A DNA stretch of 64,000 nt from the human T2T-CHM13v2.0 reference genome, Homo sapiens. Where the stretch lies: the NCBI RefSeq assembly GCF_009914755.1, contig NC_060928.1; one strand, written 5' to 3'. The position numbers and the translations under genes were made by a program. Shown piece by piece: positions 28,095 through 41,634 of this stretch. Position 1 is the first letter of the stretch. Each line of letters starts with the position of its first letter. Below the pieces are notes generated by a model, which ran no database searches, had not been told where the DNA came from, and saw nothing but the letters and a program-made list of their open reading frames with translations.

Positions 28095-30100
28095 CAACTA
28101 ACAAGTATTTATTGAGTGGCTGCTGTATGCCATGCTGAAAGAAATAAAAACTCAAGAGTGAGGAAGGCAGATGGAGTTCATGTCTTCATAGAGTTTTCAT
28201 TCCACTAAACTAGATAGTAAAAAAAAAGTACATAAACAAATAAGATTATCTCGGGCACTTAGAAGTAAAAAAATATATTTATGGTAATGTAATAGAAGAT
28301 TTGATGGGGCAATCACTTTGGCTAGGTTGGTTAGGGAAGGTCTTTGAGAAAGTGACACTCAAATTGAGACTTGAACAATGAAAAGGAAATAGTTTTATGA
28401 CTCTATGAAAGTATTCCAAACTGCAGAAACAGCAAATACAAAAGTCCTGAGGCAGGAATGAGCTTGGAGGATTTCAGGAGCTGAATGAAAGCTAGCATGG
28501 TTAGAGCCCAGTGAGTGATGGGAGACTAGAAGGAGACACAGTCAAAGTGCTGGGACTAGACCTTAATAGGCTCCAATGAAAAGATTTTATTCTTGTTATA
28601 ATGGGAAGCCAATGTAGGGTTTTAAGCAGGGGAGTGACATGGTGTGATTTACATTTTAGAAAGTTCACTATCTTACTGTGTGGATAATAGGTAATAAGGG
28701 AACAAGAGAGTAGTCAAAAAAAGCCAAATAGGAAACTGTTTCAGTAGTCATTATGGATTGGTCGTGTCCCTCTAAAATCTATATGTTGAAGTTGTAACTC
28801 CTAGTATATTATAACTTTATTAGGAAATAGGGACTTTATGGAGGTAATCAAGTTAAAATAACCTCATCAGGATGGGCTTGAATCCAATATGACTAATCCA
28901 CATCCAGTATAATGCCGGCAGGCACACAAGGAGAACACTGTCTGAAGAGGAAGGCAGACATTAGGGTCCTGCTTCTACAGGCCAAGGAATACCAAAAATT
29001 GCCAGGAAACCACCGGGATCTAGGCAACAGGCATTCTCTCTCAACACTCAGAAGGAAGAAACCCTGCCAGTACCTTGATCCTGAACTTCTAGCCTCCGGA
29101 ACTGTATGGTTCAAATCACCCAGCTTGTGATACTTTGTTATGGCAGCCCTAGGAAATAAATAGTCCAGAAGTGAGAGATGATGGTGGCTTGGAGTAGGAT
29201 TATAGCATTAGGATGGGAGAGATGCTTGGCTTCCACTTTTTTGGAAGAAGATTCTACAGGATTTACTGATAAAGTAAATGTGAGAAGAATTAAGGATGAC
29301 TCCTAGGTTTGGTATATTAGCGAACCGATGGATGATGCCTTTTACTGAGATGGGGGAAGTTTGTGAAGCAACAATTATTTGCTCAGTGGGAGAAGTGAGA
29401 AATCAATAGATTTGTTTAGGTCACATAAAGTAAGATGTTTATTACATGTTCAAATGAACATCTTATCTTCACAGTTAAATGTATTCATGTGAAGTTGGTG
29501 GGTGGTGGTGATTGGGTGGAAATCTGGGCTGGGCTGGAGATATAAATTTAAAAGTTATGAAGAAATATTTCATATATTTGATATTCAAGTATATTCATAT
29601 TAATATTCACATACTTTATATTCATATTAATATTCACATACCTTATATTCATATTTTTCAAATATGAACAAGTATTTGTTCAAATCAGGACAGGTATATA
29701 AACCATGTGATGAGATGAGTGAGTGTAGACATACAAGAAAGCCAAGAATTTGGTCCCTAGGAACTAAAGCATTCAGTAGCCTAAAAATGAGCTGAAAAAA
29801 GAGAAAAAGAGTTAGTCTCTGACATATGAAGAAAACAAGGAGTTTTTGTGTTATTTTAGAAGAAAATGAAAGTATTTCAAGAAGGATGTAGTGATAAAAT
29901 ACTGGAGAGGGTTCCAGTGGGTTGAAAACTGAAAATACATCATTGGACTGCAAGATGGAAGTCATTAGAGATTTTAACAAGCGTCACTTCTGTAATGATC
30001 TTGACAAGAACGCAACCAGAGTGGGCTGAAGAGAATGTGGGACATGGAGAGGTGTAGACAGTGACTGTAGGAAACTCTTTTAGGAATTTTTCTGTGAACA
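28095..30100 (-). mobile_element. L2, interrupted by an MLT1 LTR (~28750-29160)
   Basis: aacaagtatttattgag...gttttaagcaggggagtgacatgg; MLT1 motifs tatgttgaag...ctttgttatggcagccctaggaaa. Confidence 0.7.
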
Positions 30101-31337
30101 GTGGCTGGAATGGAGCAACAGATGAAGAGGGATATGAATTCAAAAGAATGGGGCTCAAGTTTGTGATATTAAGACATGGCATGGTTGCTGAAGGGAGTGA
30201 TCCAACAAAAAAAGATAAATTAATGATGCAAAATAAAAATGATAACTTTAGGAGTAAAGTCTTTGAAAAGATGAAAGGGGATATGCTTGTTTTAAAATGG
30301 GAGCAAAGACATGTCCTCCACCATACTCAAGGGAAAGCAGTGAATGTGGCCAAAGAGGCAGGTGATTTGTTGGAATTGGGGGTGAGACAAGGTGAAAGAC
30401 ATGATGGCATCTATTTTATTCATGAAGTATAAGGTGAGATCAGTAAAGGATGACAAAGATTTGGAGACAGAGAATAAGCTGTCAAATAGTTGTCTATTCA
30501 CAATCAGAGTAGAAAAGTGACTTTACTGTGGAAGTATATTGAAAGTGTCTGATTGTGTTAGATGCTCATTTGGGGTTTATGATCATATATTTTATGTGAC
30601 CTCAGTTAGCAGACAGGTGTATGATATTCTCCAAAGTGGGTCAGGTGTTCAGGTGCAGATGCAACATACATGACTAGGGAGTGACAAGACTGAAAGACAC
30701 AGGCAAGTAACCACAACAATTTAAAACGAGAGAGCTCCAAGTTTCTGAAAGCCCCCCAAAACAATGGGATTGCACGTTAGGCCACCTGCTAGCTATATCC
30801 TAGACCCAGACATTTTCCAGTGGAGAGGAGAGGGTGACGGAAAACATTTCCATAGAGGGCAGGGCAGTGGGGAGTATGACGTAAGGTCAGAGTCACCTAG
30901 GGATTTTTAAATCCACACTTGCTCACTCCCCAGTGATGCTGAGAAACAGCACCCCATGGGAGGTATGGAGCTAAAATGGAAAATTTTTCTTTTAGTGGAC
31001 ATTACTATTGATGGGAATGGGCCAAATCCTTAGAGTAGATGGAATAGAAAGACAAATTGTGAGTGACTGGCACAGTTCATACACTCCTAGAAGATAAAGA
31101 AGTAGGCAGAAGGACACAGCATAAGCTCAGTAATAAAAAGTCAAACCAAACTTCTCACTTCCTTTTCTCAGTGCATTAAAAGACTGACAGAGCAGGGCAG
31201 GTGGGCAAGCAAGAACAAAGATTTTGTTCTTGGGAATAGGAGAGAGAGATGTTTAGAAATAGGTGGAAGATTATTGAGTAATATTAAGGGTCCAACTGAT
31301 GTTGAAAGTCAGGCATGGCAGTAATCTGCATTCTTCA

Positions 31338-31735
<398 letters not shown>

Positions 31736-31876
31736 ATGTGATCTTGACTTTGGAGGTCTGCCCAGTGTGTTGGAAAAATCTAGGGAGGAAGAAGTCTAAG
31801 GTCCTAGTGAAAAGACTGAAGTGAGAAGTGATGAACCCAGGGAACGAGGTAAGTTGAGGGAAGGAAAGGAGGCGAG

Positions 31877-32282
<406 letters not shown>

Positions 32283-33589
32283 TCAAGACATGGGTGACAT
32301 GGCAGGAGTATGGGTTGTGGTCATATAGTGGGAGGACAGTTTTTCACGTGGGTTTCCTGGAGAGGAATCAGATGTTTCTGACCATTACTAGCTGTGTGCC
32401 AGCCTAGGAAGTTCATTCTTAAGTCTTTCAGAAGTGGAAGAAAGCAGGAAAATTGCTTGCTAAATTACCCATGAAAGTCAAAACCATTCTTCCTTAGAAC
32501 TTTTGAAAGCGAATTGTCACTAGGACATATGGGGCTTGATCTGGTCAACCATCTCATGATTTTAAATTTTCATTTGGGATTTTTATCTACCTCTTCATAG
32601 CAGAGCAAAACAAACTTGTCTTTTTCCCATAAATATAATTAAAAAAGAGACAGGCTGAGGATACCCACCAATGGGTCACTCTAGGCCCTATCAAAGTATG
32701 GGATCAGGATATGAAGTAAATCCCATTAATTGCTGTAATTGATAGCTCCAAAAGGGAGTATGGCATACAATTAGAAGTTCCCAAAAGTTTGCTACTCCCC
32801 TGGAGATGTTATAAAATAGAATCAGGGTTATTAGCCCACATTCAAGCAAAAGCTTGTTTAAAGTGGGGCATTTTCTAACTTCTTCTGGATAGACTAGGCC
32901 TCTCTTCACAGTTTTGTTAAATTTAGTGTTTCATGAAACTTACCAAGGCCTTTAATATTATGTACGTGCCTTTAATTATAAGCACATATTTCTTCTCTAT
33001 TGCAAGATTTCTCCTGAACTTTACAGATCTGTCAGTGAAAGAGGAAACTTGGATACCACATGTGGAAATAACAAAAGTGGGATATGAACCTCAATTAACT
33101 AGCACATAAAGAGTGCTGTTCCCTGAAAAAAACTGTTGGATTCATTTAGGTAATCATCGCTTGATGAATGTACTCTTGCTAGTGTAACCTTCTTATTACC
33201 ATGGAGTTACAAATTAGGTCTGCAAAAGACATCTGGAAACATCTGGCCCCTTCTAAAGCAATAACATTCCAGTGTGTTTTTTGACATACTATGCAGACTC
33301 TTCCAATAATTCTGGATCTTACACATTGAAAGCTCTCAAGCGAAGGTGCTAGTTAGATTTTTTTAATGCTTTATTTCCCCCAAAATAGCAATCAAATAAC
33401 TGGATATACACATTTCCATTTTATAATCACTATCACACTGTAATCTAATTACTTGTTTAAAAGTGTGTCTCCTCACTAGATTAGCCCCTTAGAGAACAAA
33501 ACATGTATCCATCTGTGTAACTTCCTTATGAAACTACAGGTATGTGCTGGAACTGTATCCTCTACAAACAAGAGTACTAATAGGTGAGT

Positions 33590-33930
33590 AGCTTTCTTTA
33601 AGAACATTTATTGCAGTATTGTTAAAATGGCAGCAAACTGGAACTAAACCAAATGTCCATCAAGTGGGGAATAATTTTAAAACTTATAATAAATCTATAG
33701 ATAGAATATTATTTGGCTTAAAAAAAATGAGTTAGAGCTGCATCAGTTGACCTGGAGAGATGTCCATGATATATTGCTACATGAGAAAAGCAACTAACAA
33801 ATGGAATTATAGAGTGTTATTCCAAATTGTAAAAGTAAACAATGACGGCTTGTGAAAAAGATAGGTGTTTATGATTGTGGGAGAATATTCATAATGCACT
33901 AACAGGGGTTACCTTAAGGATGATCAGGAA
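33590..33930 (+). mobile_element. Old L1M 3' fragment
   Basis: tttattgcagtattg...ccaaatgtccatcaa... Confidence 0.6.
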
Positions 33931-34434
33931 TTAAGGTAAATGAGTGTGGGAGAATAGTGCTAGCAAAATGCAAAAATACTCATGCCATAATGCTAAGGGA
34001 AAATGCAGAATGCATGATTTTAGCAATAGTTTTTTTAAAAGAAAAGTTTACCTTTCGGTGTCTTACTGGTTGATGCCAGGCATAGTTCTTAAAGCTCTAC
34101 ATAGACTGTTTCACTTCCTGCCCGCACCAACTCTGTGAGGTAGGGATTATTATTTCTTTAATTTCACATAACAGAAAACTGTGGTCCATAGAAGTTACTG
34201 AGCTGGCCAGTGGTCACACAATAATTGGCTAAGCTAAGACAAAATAATAACAGGCAAATAGGCAAAAAATGAAATTGCATTTTTTTCCTAGAAACTAATC
34301 AGATCAAATGAAAAGTATCCATTTAATTAAGTAATAGACCTGTGGATTATTTTTTGCCTCGAATTTTTGCTATTATTTAATATTACTTCATTTAAATAAA
34401 GTAAAATTACTAAAAATAAATACAATAAAATGGC

Positions 34435-34830
34435 TAGTATGGTGGTTTTCAAAACCTGTCCTCAAGTCCTTTGATGTGGGAGGTCTGTGTTTCTTCCCTT
34501 TGAATTAGGTGGGGCCTGTGACTGATGGCTCTGGGCAACCACATAGGAGAAGCAACATTTTGTGCTTTTGGATGCTGAGTCAAAAAAGGTAATACAACTT
34601 CTTCCTGGCTTCCTTTTTGGGAAGCTTGCTTTGGAGGATGCCAGCCACCATGAAGTGAGTCTCATACAGAGAGGAACTGAGGCCCCAGCCAACAGGCAGC
34701 ATCTACTGTCAGACTTCAGATGGTGCCAGCCTCTCCCTAGCTTTGGAATCTTCTAGCTGAGGCCCCAGAAATCACAGAGCAGAGACAAATTACGCCAACT
34801 ACACTTTGTCTGAATCTTCAGTGAGCATAA
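34435..34830 (+). mobile_element. MLT1-family LTR
   Basis: cttcccttt gaatt...ccagccaccatg...gaggaactgaggcccc. Confidence 0.6.
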
Positions 34831-35002
34831 TAAATGTCTGAGTTTTTGTTTGTTGTTATTGTTTTGTTTATGTTTGGTTTTGTTTGTTTTGTTTTGCTAC
34901 AAATTACATAGCAACAGATAGCTGGAAGAGATTCTGCAGTGATGTTCGTCAGTTTGGGGTAGGTTTTCCCTTAGTTTTATTCTTCTGCTCTCTTTAGGCA
35001 TA

Positions 35003-36190
35003 TTGTGGTGGTTAATTTTATGTATCAATTTGGCTGGGCCACAGCACCCAAATATTTGGCCAAACATTATTCTATATGTTTCTGTGAAGGTGTTTTTTTT
35101 TATGAGATTAATATTTAAATCAGCGGACTTTGAGTAAAGCCGATGACATTCCATGATGTGGATGGGCCTTACCCATTCAGATAAAAATCTTTTTTTTTTT
35201 TTTATACTTTAAGTTTTAAGGTACATGTGCACATTGTGCAGGTTAGTTACATATGTATACATGTGCCATGCTGGTGCACTGCACCCACTAACTCGTCATC
35301 TAACATTAGGTATATCTCCCAATGCTATCCCTCCCCCCTCCCCCCACCCCACAACAGTCCCCAGAGTGTGATATTCCCCTTCCTGTGTCCATGTGATCTC
35401 ATTGTTCAATTCCCACCTATGAGTGAGAATATGCAGTGTTTGGTTTTTTGTTCTTGCGATAGTTTACTGAGAATGATGATTTCCAATTTCATCCATGTCC
35501 CTACAAAGGACATGAACTCATCATTTTTTATGGCTGCATAGTATTCTATGGTGTGTATGTGCTACATTTTCTTAATCCAGTCTATCATTGTTGGACATTT
35601 GGGTTGGTTCCAAGTCCTTGCTATTGTGAATAATGCCGCAATAAACATACGTGTGCATGTGTCTTTATAGCAGCATGATTTATAGTCCTTTGGGTATATA
35701 CCCAGTAATGGGATGGCTGGGTCAAATGGTATTTCTAGTTCTAGATCCCTGAGGAATCGCCACACTGACTTCCACAATGGTTGAACTAGTTTACAGTCCC
35801 ACCAACAGTGTAAAAGTGTTCCTATTTCTCCACATCCTCTCCAGCACCTGTTGTTTCCTGACTTTTTAATGATTGCCATTCTAACTGGTGTAAGATGGTA
35901 TCTCATTGTGGTTGTGATTTGCATTTCTCTGATGGCCAGTGATGATGAGCATTTTTTCATGTGTTTTTTGTCTGCATAAATGTCTTCTTTTGAGAAGTGT
36001 CTGTTCATGTCCTTCGCCCACTTTTTGATGGGGTTGAATAGAACAAGGACTGACCTCTCCAGCAAGAAGGAATTCTGCCAGCAGATTGAACTGCAACTCT
36101 TGCCCGATCTTCCTGCCTGCCACCTACCTCATCAGGTTTTGGATTCACCAAGCCTCCAGAATCACATAAGCCAATTATGTCAAAACAAAC
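35003..36190 (+). mobile_element. MLT2 (ERVL) LTR split by an L1 insertion
   Basis: tgtggtggttaattttatgtatcaatttggctgggcc...; resumes at tgaatagaacaagg (~36035). Confidence 0.8.
35190..36036 (-). mobile_element. Young L1 3' end (L1PA2-like), ~850 bp
   Basis: ORF2 C-terminus [19 protein letters not shown]...[13 protein letters not shown] intact; 3'UTR nearly identical to the 26857-27305 copy. Confidence 0.95.
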
Positions 36191-36324
36191 CTTTGTTTGT
36201 CATCATTGTTTTGTCTGTGTTTTGGTTTGGTTTGGTTTGGATGGGCTCAAGTGATCACTCTTCCTCGGAGCCAATCCAGTTCAATTAAGTTCATTTCCCA
36301 TTGCTACCCCTCTAATTTTCTCAC

Positions 36325-36374
36325 CTTGTTCAGCACACAGAAGAGAAATCTTACTTCTGCTATGACAAGGCTGC
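36325..36374 (-). pseudogene. Duplicated pseudo-exon copy of CORIN exon 18 in intron 19
   Basis: aatctag|G CAG CCT TGT CAT AGC AGA AGT AAG ATT TCT CTT CTG TGT GCT GAA CAA G|gtgaga; part of a 158-bp direct repeat, 36248-36405 vs 37171-37328. Confidence 0.9.
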
Positions 36375-36406
36375 CTAGATTTGGAAACATAAAATGGCAT
36401 AACATA

Positions 36407-36408
<2 letters not shown>

Positions 36409-36482
<74 letters not shown>

Positions 36483-36490
36483 TCTCTCTG
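36409..36490. repeat. Compound microsatellite (CT)n(AT)n(AC)n
   Basis: Read directly from sequence. Confidence 0.97.
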
Positions 36491-36919
36491 AATAGCACAC
36501 ATATTACACACATTATACCTTTAACTCTGCTTCCCAAACTACTCACCAGTTGCGCCTGCATCCAAACCTCATTGTAGTATCCAAATAAATCACTTCTGTT
36601 TAAGTTATTATATATGTGATATATTTAAGAGGTCTAGAAAAGAGACTAATAGTAGCATAGAGTCAGTCTTCTAAACTTCTTTCTCTCTCTTAGGACAAAA
36701 ATTGGAAGCAATATGCAGCCATTTCCAACAAATGAGCAGCCCACATATTAGATGGCAACATCAAGGATAGAAAACTTTAGGAAGATAAAGGCCTGGGAAG
36801 TAGATTAGCTGTGGCTTTCGCCTGGATGTGGCTTCATGGAGTTACATATGCCACTGAGAATTCCCGAGTGACAAAGTGATCAAATCCAGGCAAAGGAAAA
36901 AAGGAAAGGTGCAGCTTAC

Positions 36920-37094
36920 CCCTCGAAGCAGTGGGCAACTGTCAGAACCCACTTCTTGGCAATGAGGACACAGCCACAGATATGTCCACTGGGTTCACTC
37001 TGCAGAGAACACTGCCATGGCCACCTTCCAGGGCGACTCGTCCGACCTCCAAGGATCCTTTTGTTCATTCGGGCAGCAGGGCGGCGCCCACAGT
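36920..37094 (-). CDS. CORIN: CORIN exon 19 (activation site KR|ILGG, catalytic His in TVAHC)
   Basis: ggtag|AC TGT ... GAG GG|gtaag; CGRRPAARMNKRILGGRTSRPGRWPWQCSL...VLTVAHCFEG; 175 nt. Confidence 0.98.
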
Positions 37095-37247
37095 CTACCA
37101 AGGAGCAGAAGACACAGTTTGTGAGTTGATGCCAAACCTTGCTAAATGCTTAGCTCTTTGCTGTCACTTACAAGCGATCACTCTTCCCCTGAGCCAATCC
37201 AGTTCAATTAAGTTCATATCCCATTGCCACACCTCTAATTCTCTCAC

Positions 37248-37297
37248 CTTGTTTAGTACACAGAAGAGAAATTTTACTTCTGCTCTCACAAGACTGC
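37248..37297 (-). CDS. CORIN: CORIN exon 18 (end of SRCR domain)
   Basis: aatccag|G CAG TCT TGT GAG AGC AGA AGT AAA ATT TCT CTT CTG TGT ACT AAA CAA G|gtgaga = QSCESRSKISLLCTKQ; 50 nt; phases join exons 17 and 19. Not in the ORF track. Confidence 0.93.
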
Positions 37298-39753
37298 CTG
37301 GATTTGGAAACATAAAATGGTATAACATTAAGTTACATATTTCTTGTTCAATTCAAACACTTTACCAGTGAAATACAAGACAGCTCCAACTGTTACCACC
37401 AGAAATCACATTCTCTGAGCATTTCCTGTGTTACCACAGGAAAGCACATTCCTCTTGGTGCAGGAATTCTCAAGGCAGGAGTGTGGTCAGATATTAATCA
37501 TGTTGTAGGCAGGAGTATATGGAATATATATACTTCTTTTTTTAGTTTATTTAATGTCATCATAATTTAATTTCACATTTGTGGGAAAAGAAACTATTTT
37601 AACAAAATTTCCCACATCATTTTGGCTGGTGGAACCACCACAATGCAAATTCAAACTACAGTTCTCAAGGGGAGATGGGAGTACTTTTTAGAGTCAGTGG
37701 TGAGGAGGCAGCATGTCAGATTTTTATGCTTATACAAAGTGGTGTGTGCTCAAAACAAGTTGAGAAATACTACAAGATGAGTAAAATATGACTTCAGAAA
37801 TTTGAAGAACAGATTAAGAAATGGAATATTTAGACTGGAAAGGAGTCTTACCAAGACTCTCAAGGTTAAATTTCTGCTATATGAGAAGTTGACAAGAGGA
37901 AAAGTAGCTTAAATTTGCTTCATATAACTTTAGACGACATGATCAGAACTAGTAGGTGCAATTTACAAGAATTGTGGGTTCAGGAAAAGAATTTTCTAAA
38001 ATCTAAATTCAACTTTGAATGCAAGAACATGGTCCCTGTTAAAGGATCTTTCAATGTGATGGCACAAGATAATTCAGTTTGGGGTAGAAATTTTAATCAC
38101 TAAGTTCTCTTCCAACCATGAAACATTTACATTACAACCTCAATGTAAATGAAAAAGGACAATAAAAATCCATATTGGGACTTTCAAAAATACTATGATG
38201 TACTTAGAATCCTAGATCTATCAGATTGAAAAAAAAAAATGCAACCCTAAATATATAATTTCCACATTCCTTTCTGAAGATTTACTGTATTTTCATTTCT
38301 TGCTAAATTTATGTAGGGGCAAGTGCAATTATTTGCATACAATAAATTATGTAATACAGGAAAAGCTCATTTGCTTTCTACCCTCCCACAGTCTAAAATC
38401 CTCTCTTCCTTACTCTCTATTACATTATTCTAAATTTATTTGCAGCACTTACCAAAGCCTAAAATTATTTTTACTAATTTATAATCTTTATTTTCACCCC
38501 CATATAGTGTATGTTCCCTGAGATGAGGGCCTTCATTTCCCCTCATTCACTTCTACATCCCCTCAAAGCCTAATACTGAACTTGGCATTAAAGAAATACT
38601 TAATAATTAGTTGTTATTTGTTAGATTGAAAACACATAGCTCTTAGGAATAGGAAAAGTCATCAAAGACTATTCATCCAACTTCTTAGTGGAAATTGCAG
38701 TTATATAAGATAACACTTGTAGTTAGTAAACCAGGACTAGAACCAAGTTTACCAACTCCCAATCTAGAATGCATTATTTATTTATTTATTTACTTGACCT
38801 GAAAGGTTTTTTCTGGAATTACAGGTTTGGGGAAACAAATCACTTGGTTAAAAGATTTAGGTCATTGTTTTAGAGGAAGTACTTCAATTGACAAATATTC
38901 AGAAATTTGGCTGCAGAGTTTGTTCTATGAGGAAAATGTCAAGAACTTTTTAAGAGGAAATGGTCCATTTTTAGTTTTCCTCTTTAAAATTCTTAAGAAG
39001 TAGCAACATTTATGAGCTTCAGAGTCAGATATATTTATTTAGAGTTCAGACACTATCACTTAGCATCTGTGGGCTGTGAGATTTGAGCAAGTTATTTAAA
39101 TATTCAAGCTGTAAAATATTGGATAATCATCCATGGTTCACAAATCTATTATGAGGTTTAAATGAGTCAGTGTATATAAGATTACCTAGCTGTGTGCCTA
39201 TAAAGTAATAAGAACTTAGTAAGTGTAAATTTCCTCAATTTATCTTCCTCCTACACCCCACCCATAGACAAGGGAAGCAACCCTGTTTAAGATGCAATGA
39301 TTTTTTAGGGTAAACTTAAGTGTACTTTCAAGGCAACTTGATTATAATTTCATTTTTGTGTCTATTCCTCTCTTAGACATTCCAAGTTTTCTTAGTTATC
39401 ATTACTTCAGTTCCCTCTGTTTACTAGTTCTATGTAGCATCTGCAGGAAATGCAGACATGAGGGTTTATTTTGAATAAGATATTAAAAGTAATCCAAGAT
39501 TAGAACCCAAGTTCCTCTCTCCTCGCCATGATAGTTTCTGTAATCGTGAATAAAAGAGAAAAAAAATCTATGTCTAGAAAGAAGAAATAAAAGCAACCAA
39601 TGTTGAAATGTAAAGGCAATAGTAAATCTATGGAAACTCTTTACTGATATGACAAATTTGGATTATCTTAAGTTAAAAAATGGAAGAAAGGCCCAATGAT
39701 AAACTCTTGCTCTGTAATCTGACTCTACACAGCTCTTATGAATGCATTCTTAC

Positions 39754-39870
39754 CCATTTACTAGAAGTTCATGTAAAGTGGTCCCATTGAGGCTCTCCCA
39801 GTTGGAGTGTAATGTCAGCCACCGCGGCTCTTTCTCCTGTTCCTGTATCAATTTGGTCACAGATGGTTCT
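39754..39870 (-). CDS. CORIN: CORIN exon 17 (SRCR domain)
   Basis: tatcag|A GAA CCA ... AAT GG|gtaag; EPSVTKLIQEQEKEPRWLTLHSNWESLNGTTLHELLVNG; 117 nt. Confidence 0.94.
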
Positions 39871-40321
39871 CTGATACAAGGCAAATACTGGATAAGTATT
39901 CAAAGTACAATGATCTTTGAACAGGCATTATCATTATTTAGCACTCATTCCCTTTCAAAAAGAAGCACTAAATCATGTCAACATTTCAAGAGGAGAATTT
40001 GGACTGTTACAAATTGTTAGAGCTGTTTTAGTCATTCTCCCTGCTGACCTGTGTTTGAACTGCATGAGGTGTTAGGATTATAATGTGTATGATACAAAAG
40101 TTCCAACAGGTAAAACATAAGAATAACTTTAGGCAGAGATCAAAAGTAAAATAAAATGTATCTAGCTAGGTTTTTTTCCTCCTCTTTTCTTGTCCATTGT
40201 AATTCTGCAATATAGCAATATAAAATAAAATAAACAACACATAAAGAGAATCAGTGGCCATTTAGCATTTATTTAGACAGCATAAAAGTTGTAAGAATTG
40301 TAATATTTCTATGTTTGTAGG

Positions 40322-40630
40322 TTGTTGTTGTTGTTGTTGTTTTTTTTTTTTGATGAAGTCTTGCTCTGTTGCCCAGGCTGGGGTACAGTGGTACAATCTC
40401 GGCTCACTGCAACGTCTGCCTCAGGGTTCAAGTGCTTCTCCTGCCTCAGCCTCCCAAGTAGCTGGGATCACAGGTACATGCAATCACGCCCAGCTAATTT
40501 TTATATTTTTAGTAGAAATGAGGTTTCACCATGTTGTCCAGGGTGGTCTTAAACTCCTGACCTCAAGTGGTCTGCCCACCTCAGCATCCCAAACTGCTAG
40601 GATTACAGGCATGAACCATGGCACCTGGCC
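40322..40630 (-). mobile_element. Alu (S/J) with (TTG)n tail
   Basis: Antisense dimer. Confidence 0.9.
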
Positions 40631-41634
40631 TCATCTGATTATTATTTTTAAACTATTGTAATCACATAATAGAAAATGGACAAAAACTTCCCCTAACTCA
40701 TACTTTTAAAAAGGCAAGGAAGAACCCTCTAAAGGGAATACTTGATGATAGAATAAGAGCCAAAGATTAAAAACACAAGAGTATTTCATAATGAATGAAT
40801 TATAAACATTTGATTTTAAAACAAATGTCATACATCCTAGCCACAATGAAGAAGAGTGGCTTAAGATATAAATTTATTTAGAAATTTGAATTGACTGTTA
40901 GATTACCGAAGATATCAAAAAAACCTCTTACAAAAATAAGAATTTTTCTTTTTCTTGGCCAAAATGAATCCGGCTCTCCATCAATTCCAGAAGTTCTGAA
41001 TGCAGAGGCAAAGTGAGATGGAAAGTATAAAAGTCAGAGGCCACACATACTGGTCATGGTGTTTCTCCTGATAACCTGCATCCTGAGAATTCCCTTCTGC
41101 GATAGAACTACCTATGGACCTCCTAAATCCAGGTAAAGCCAAAAGAAGATAAACTTTAGATTTTGTTATTTAATCAGGTCATTCTTAAATCAGGTATTCA
41201 TAGGGCAACAAGATACTTGCATGGGGAGTGCAATTAGGAGAGAGTGTGCACTGATGCTGGATAGGAAAATCATTGCAAGGAACACCAGCCTTTCAACTCA
41301 AAAGGCCCCCAGCTGCCCTGAGGAAGGGCTCCACAGACATCCACAGGATGTTTTTGCATTTCATTCATTAGCTTCCAAGAGGAAAGGCAATCTAGATGGA
41401 ATTTCTCAGTTATAAGTGGAAAATTTAAGAAATTAATCATCAAGGATAGGGGAGTATCATTATGAAAATTAGGTTTCCATGAAATTCTTGAACACTGGCA
41501 TGTTTCTCATGCACAAACATAAACTTTCAGCACCAGAAATGTCATCCAATGGCCCATTTAAAAAAGTCAGTGAATTTGTTTGGTTGTATTTCTGCCATCG
41601 TACAGAATCTGAGCATCTCCATAACTTCAATTTC

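Noticed and set aside
35562-36065. 167-aa ORF
   Set aside because: C-terminus of L1 ORF2 in a 5'-truncated copy; no promoter, endonuclease or RT domain.
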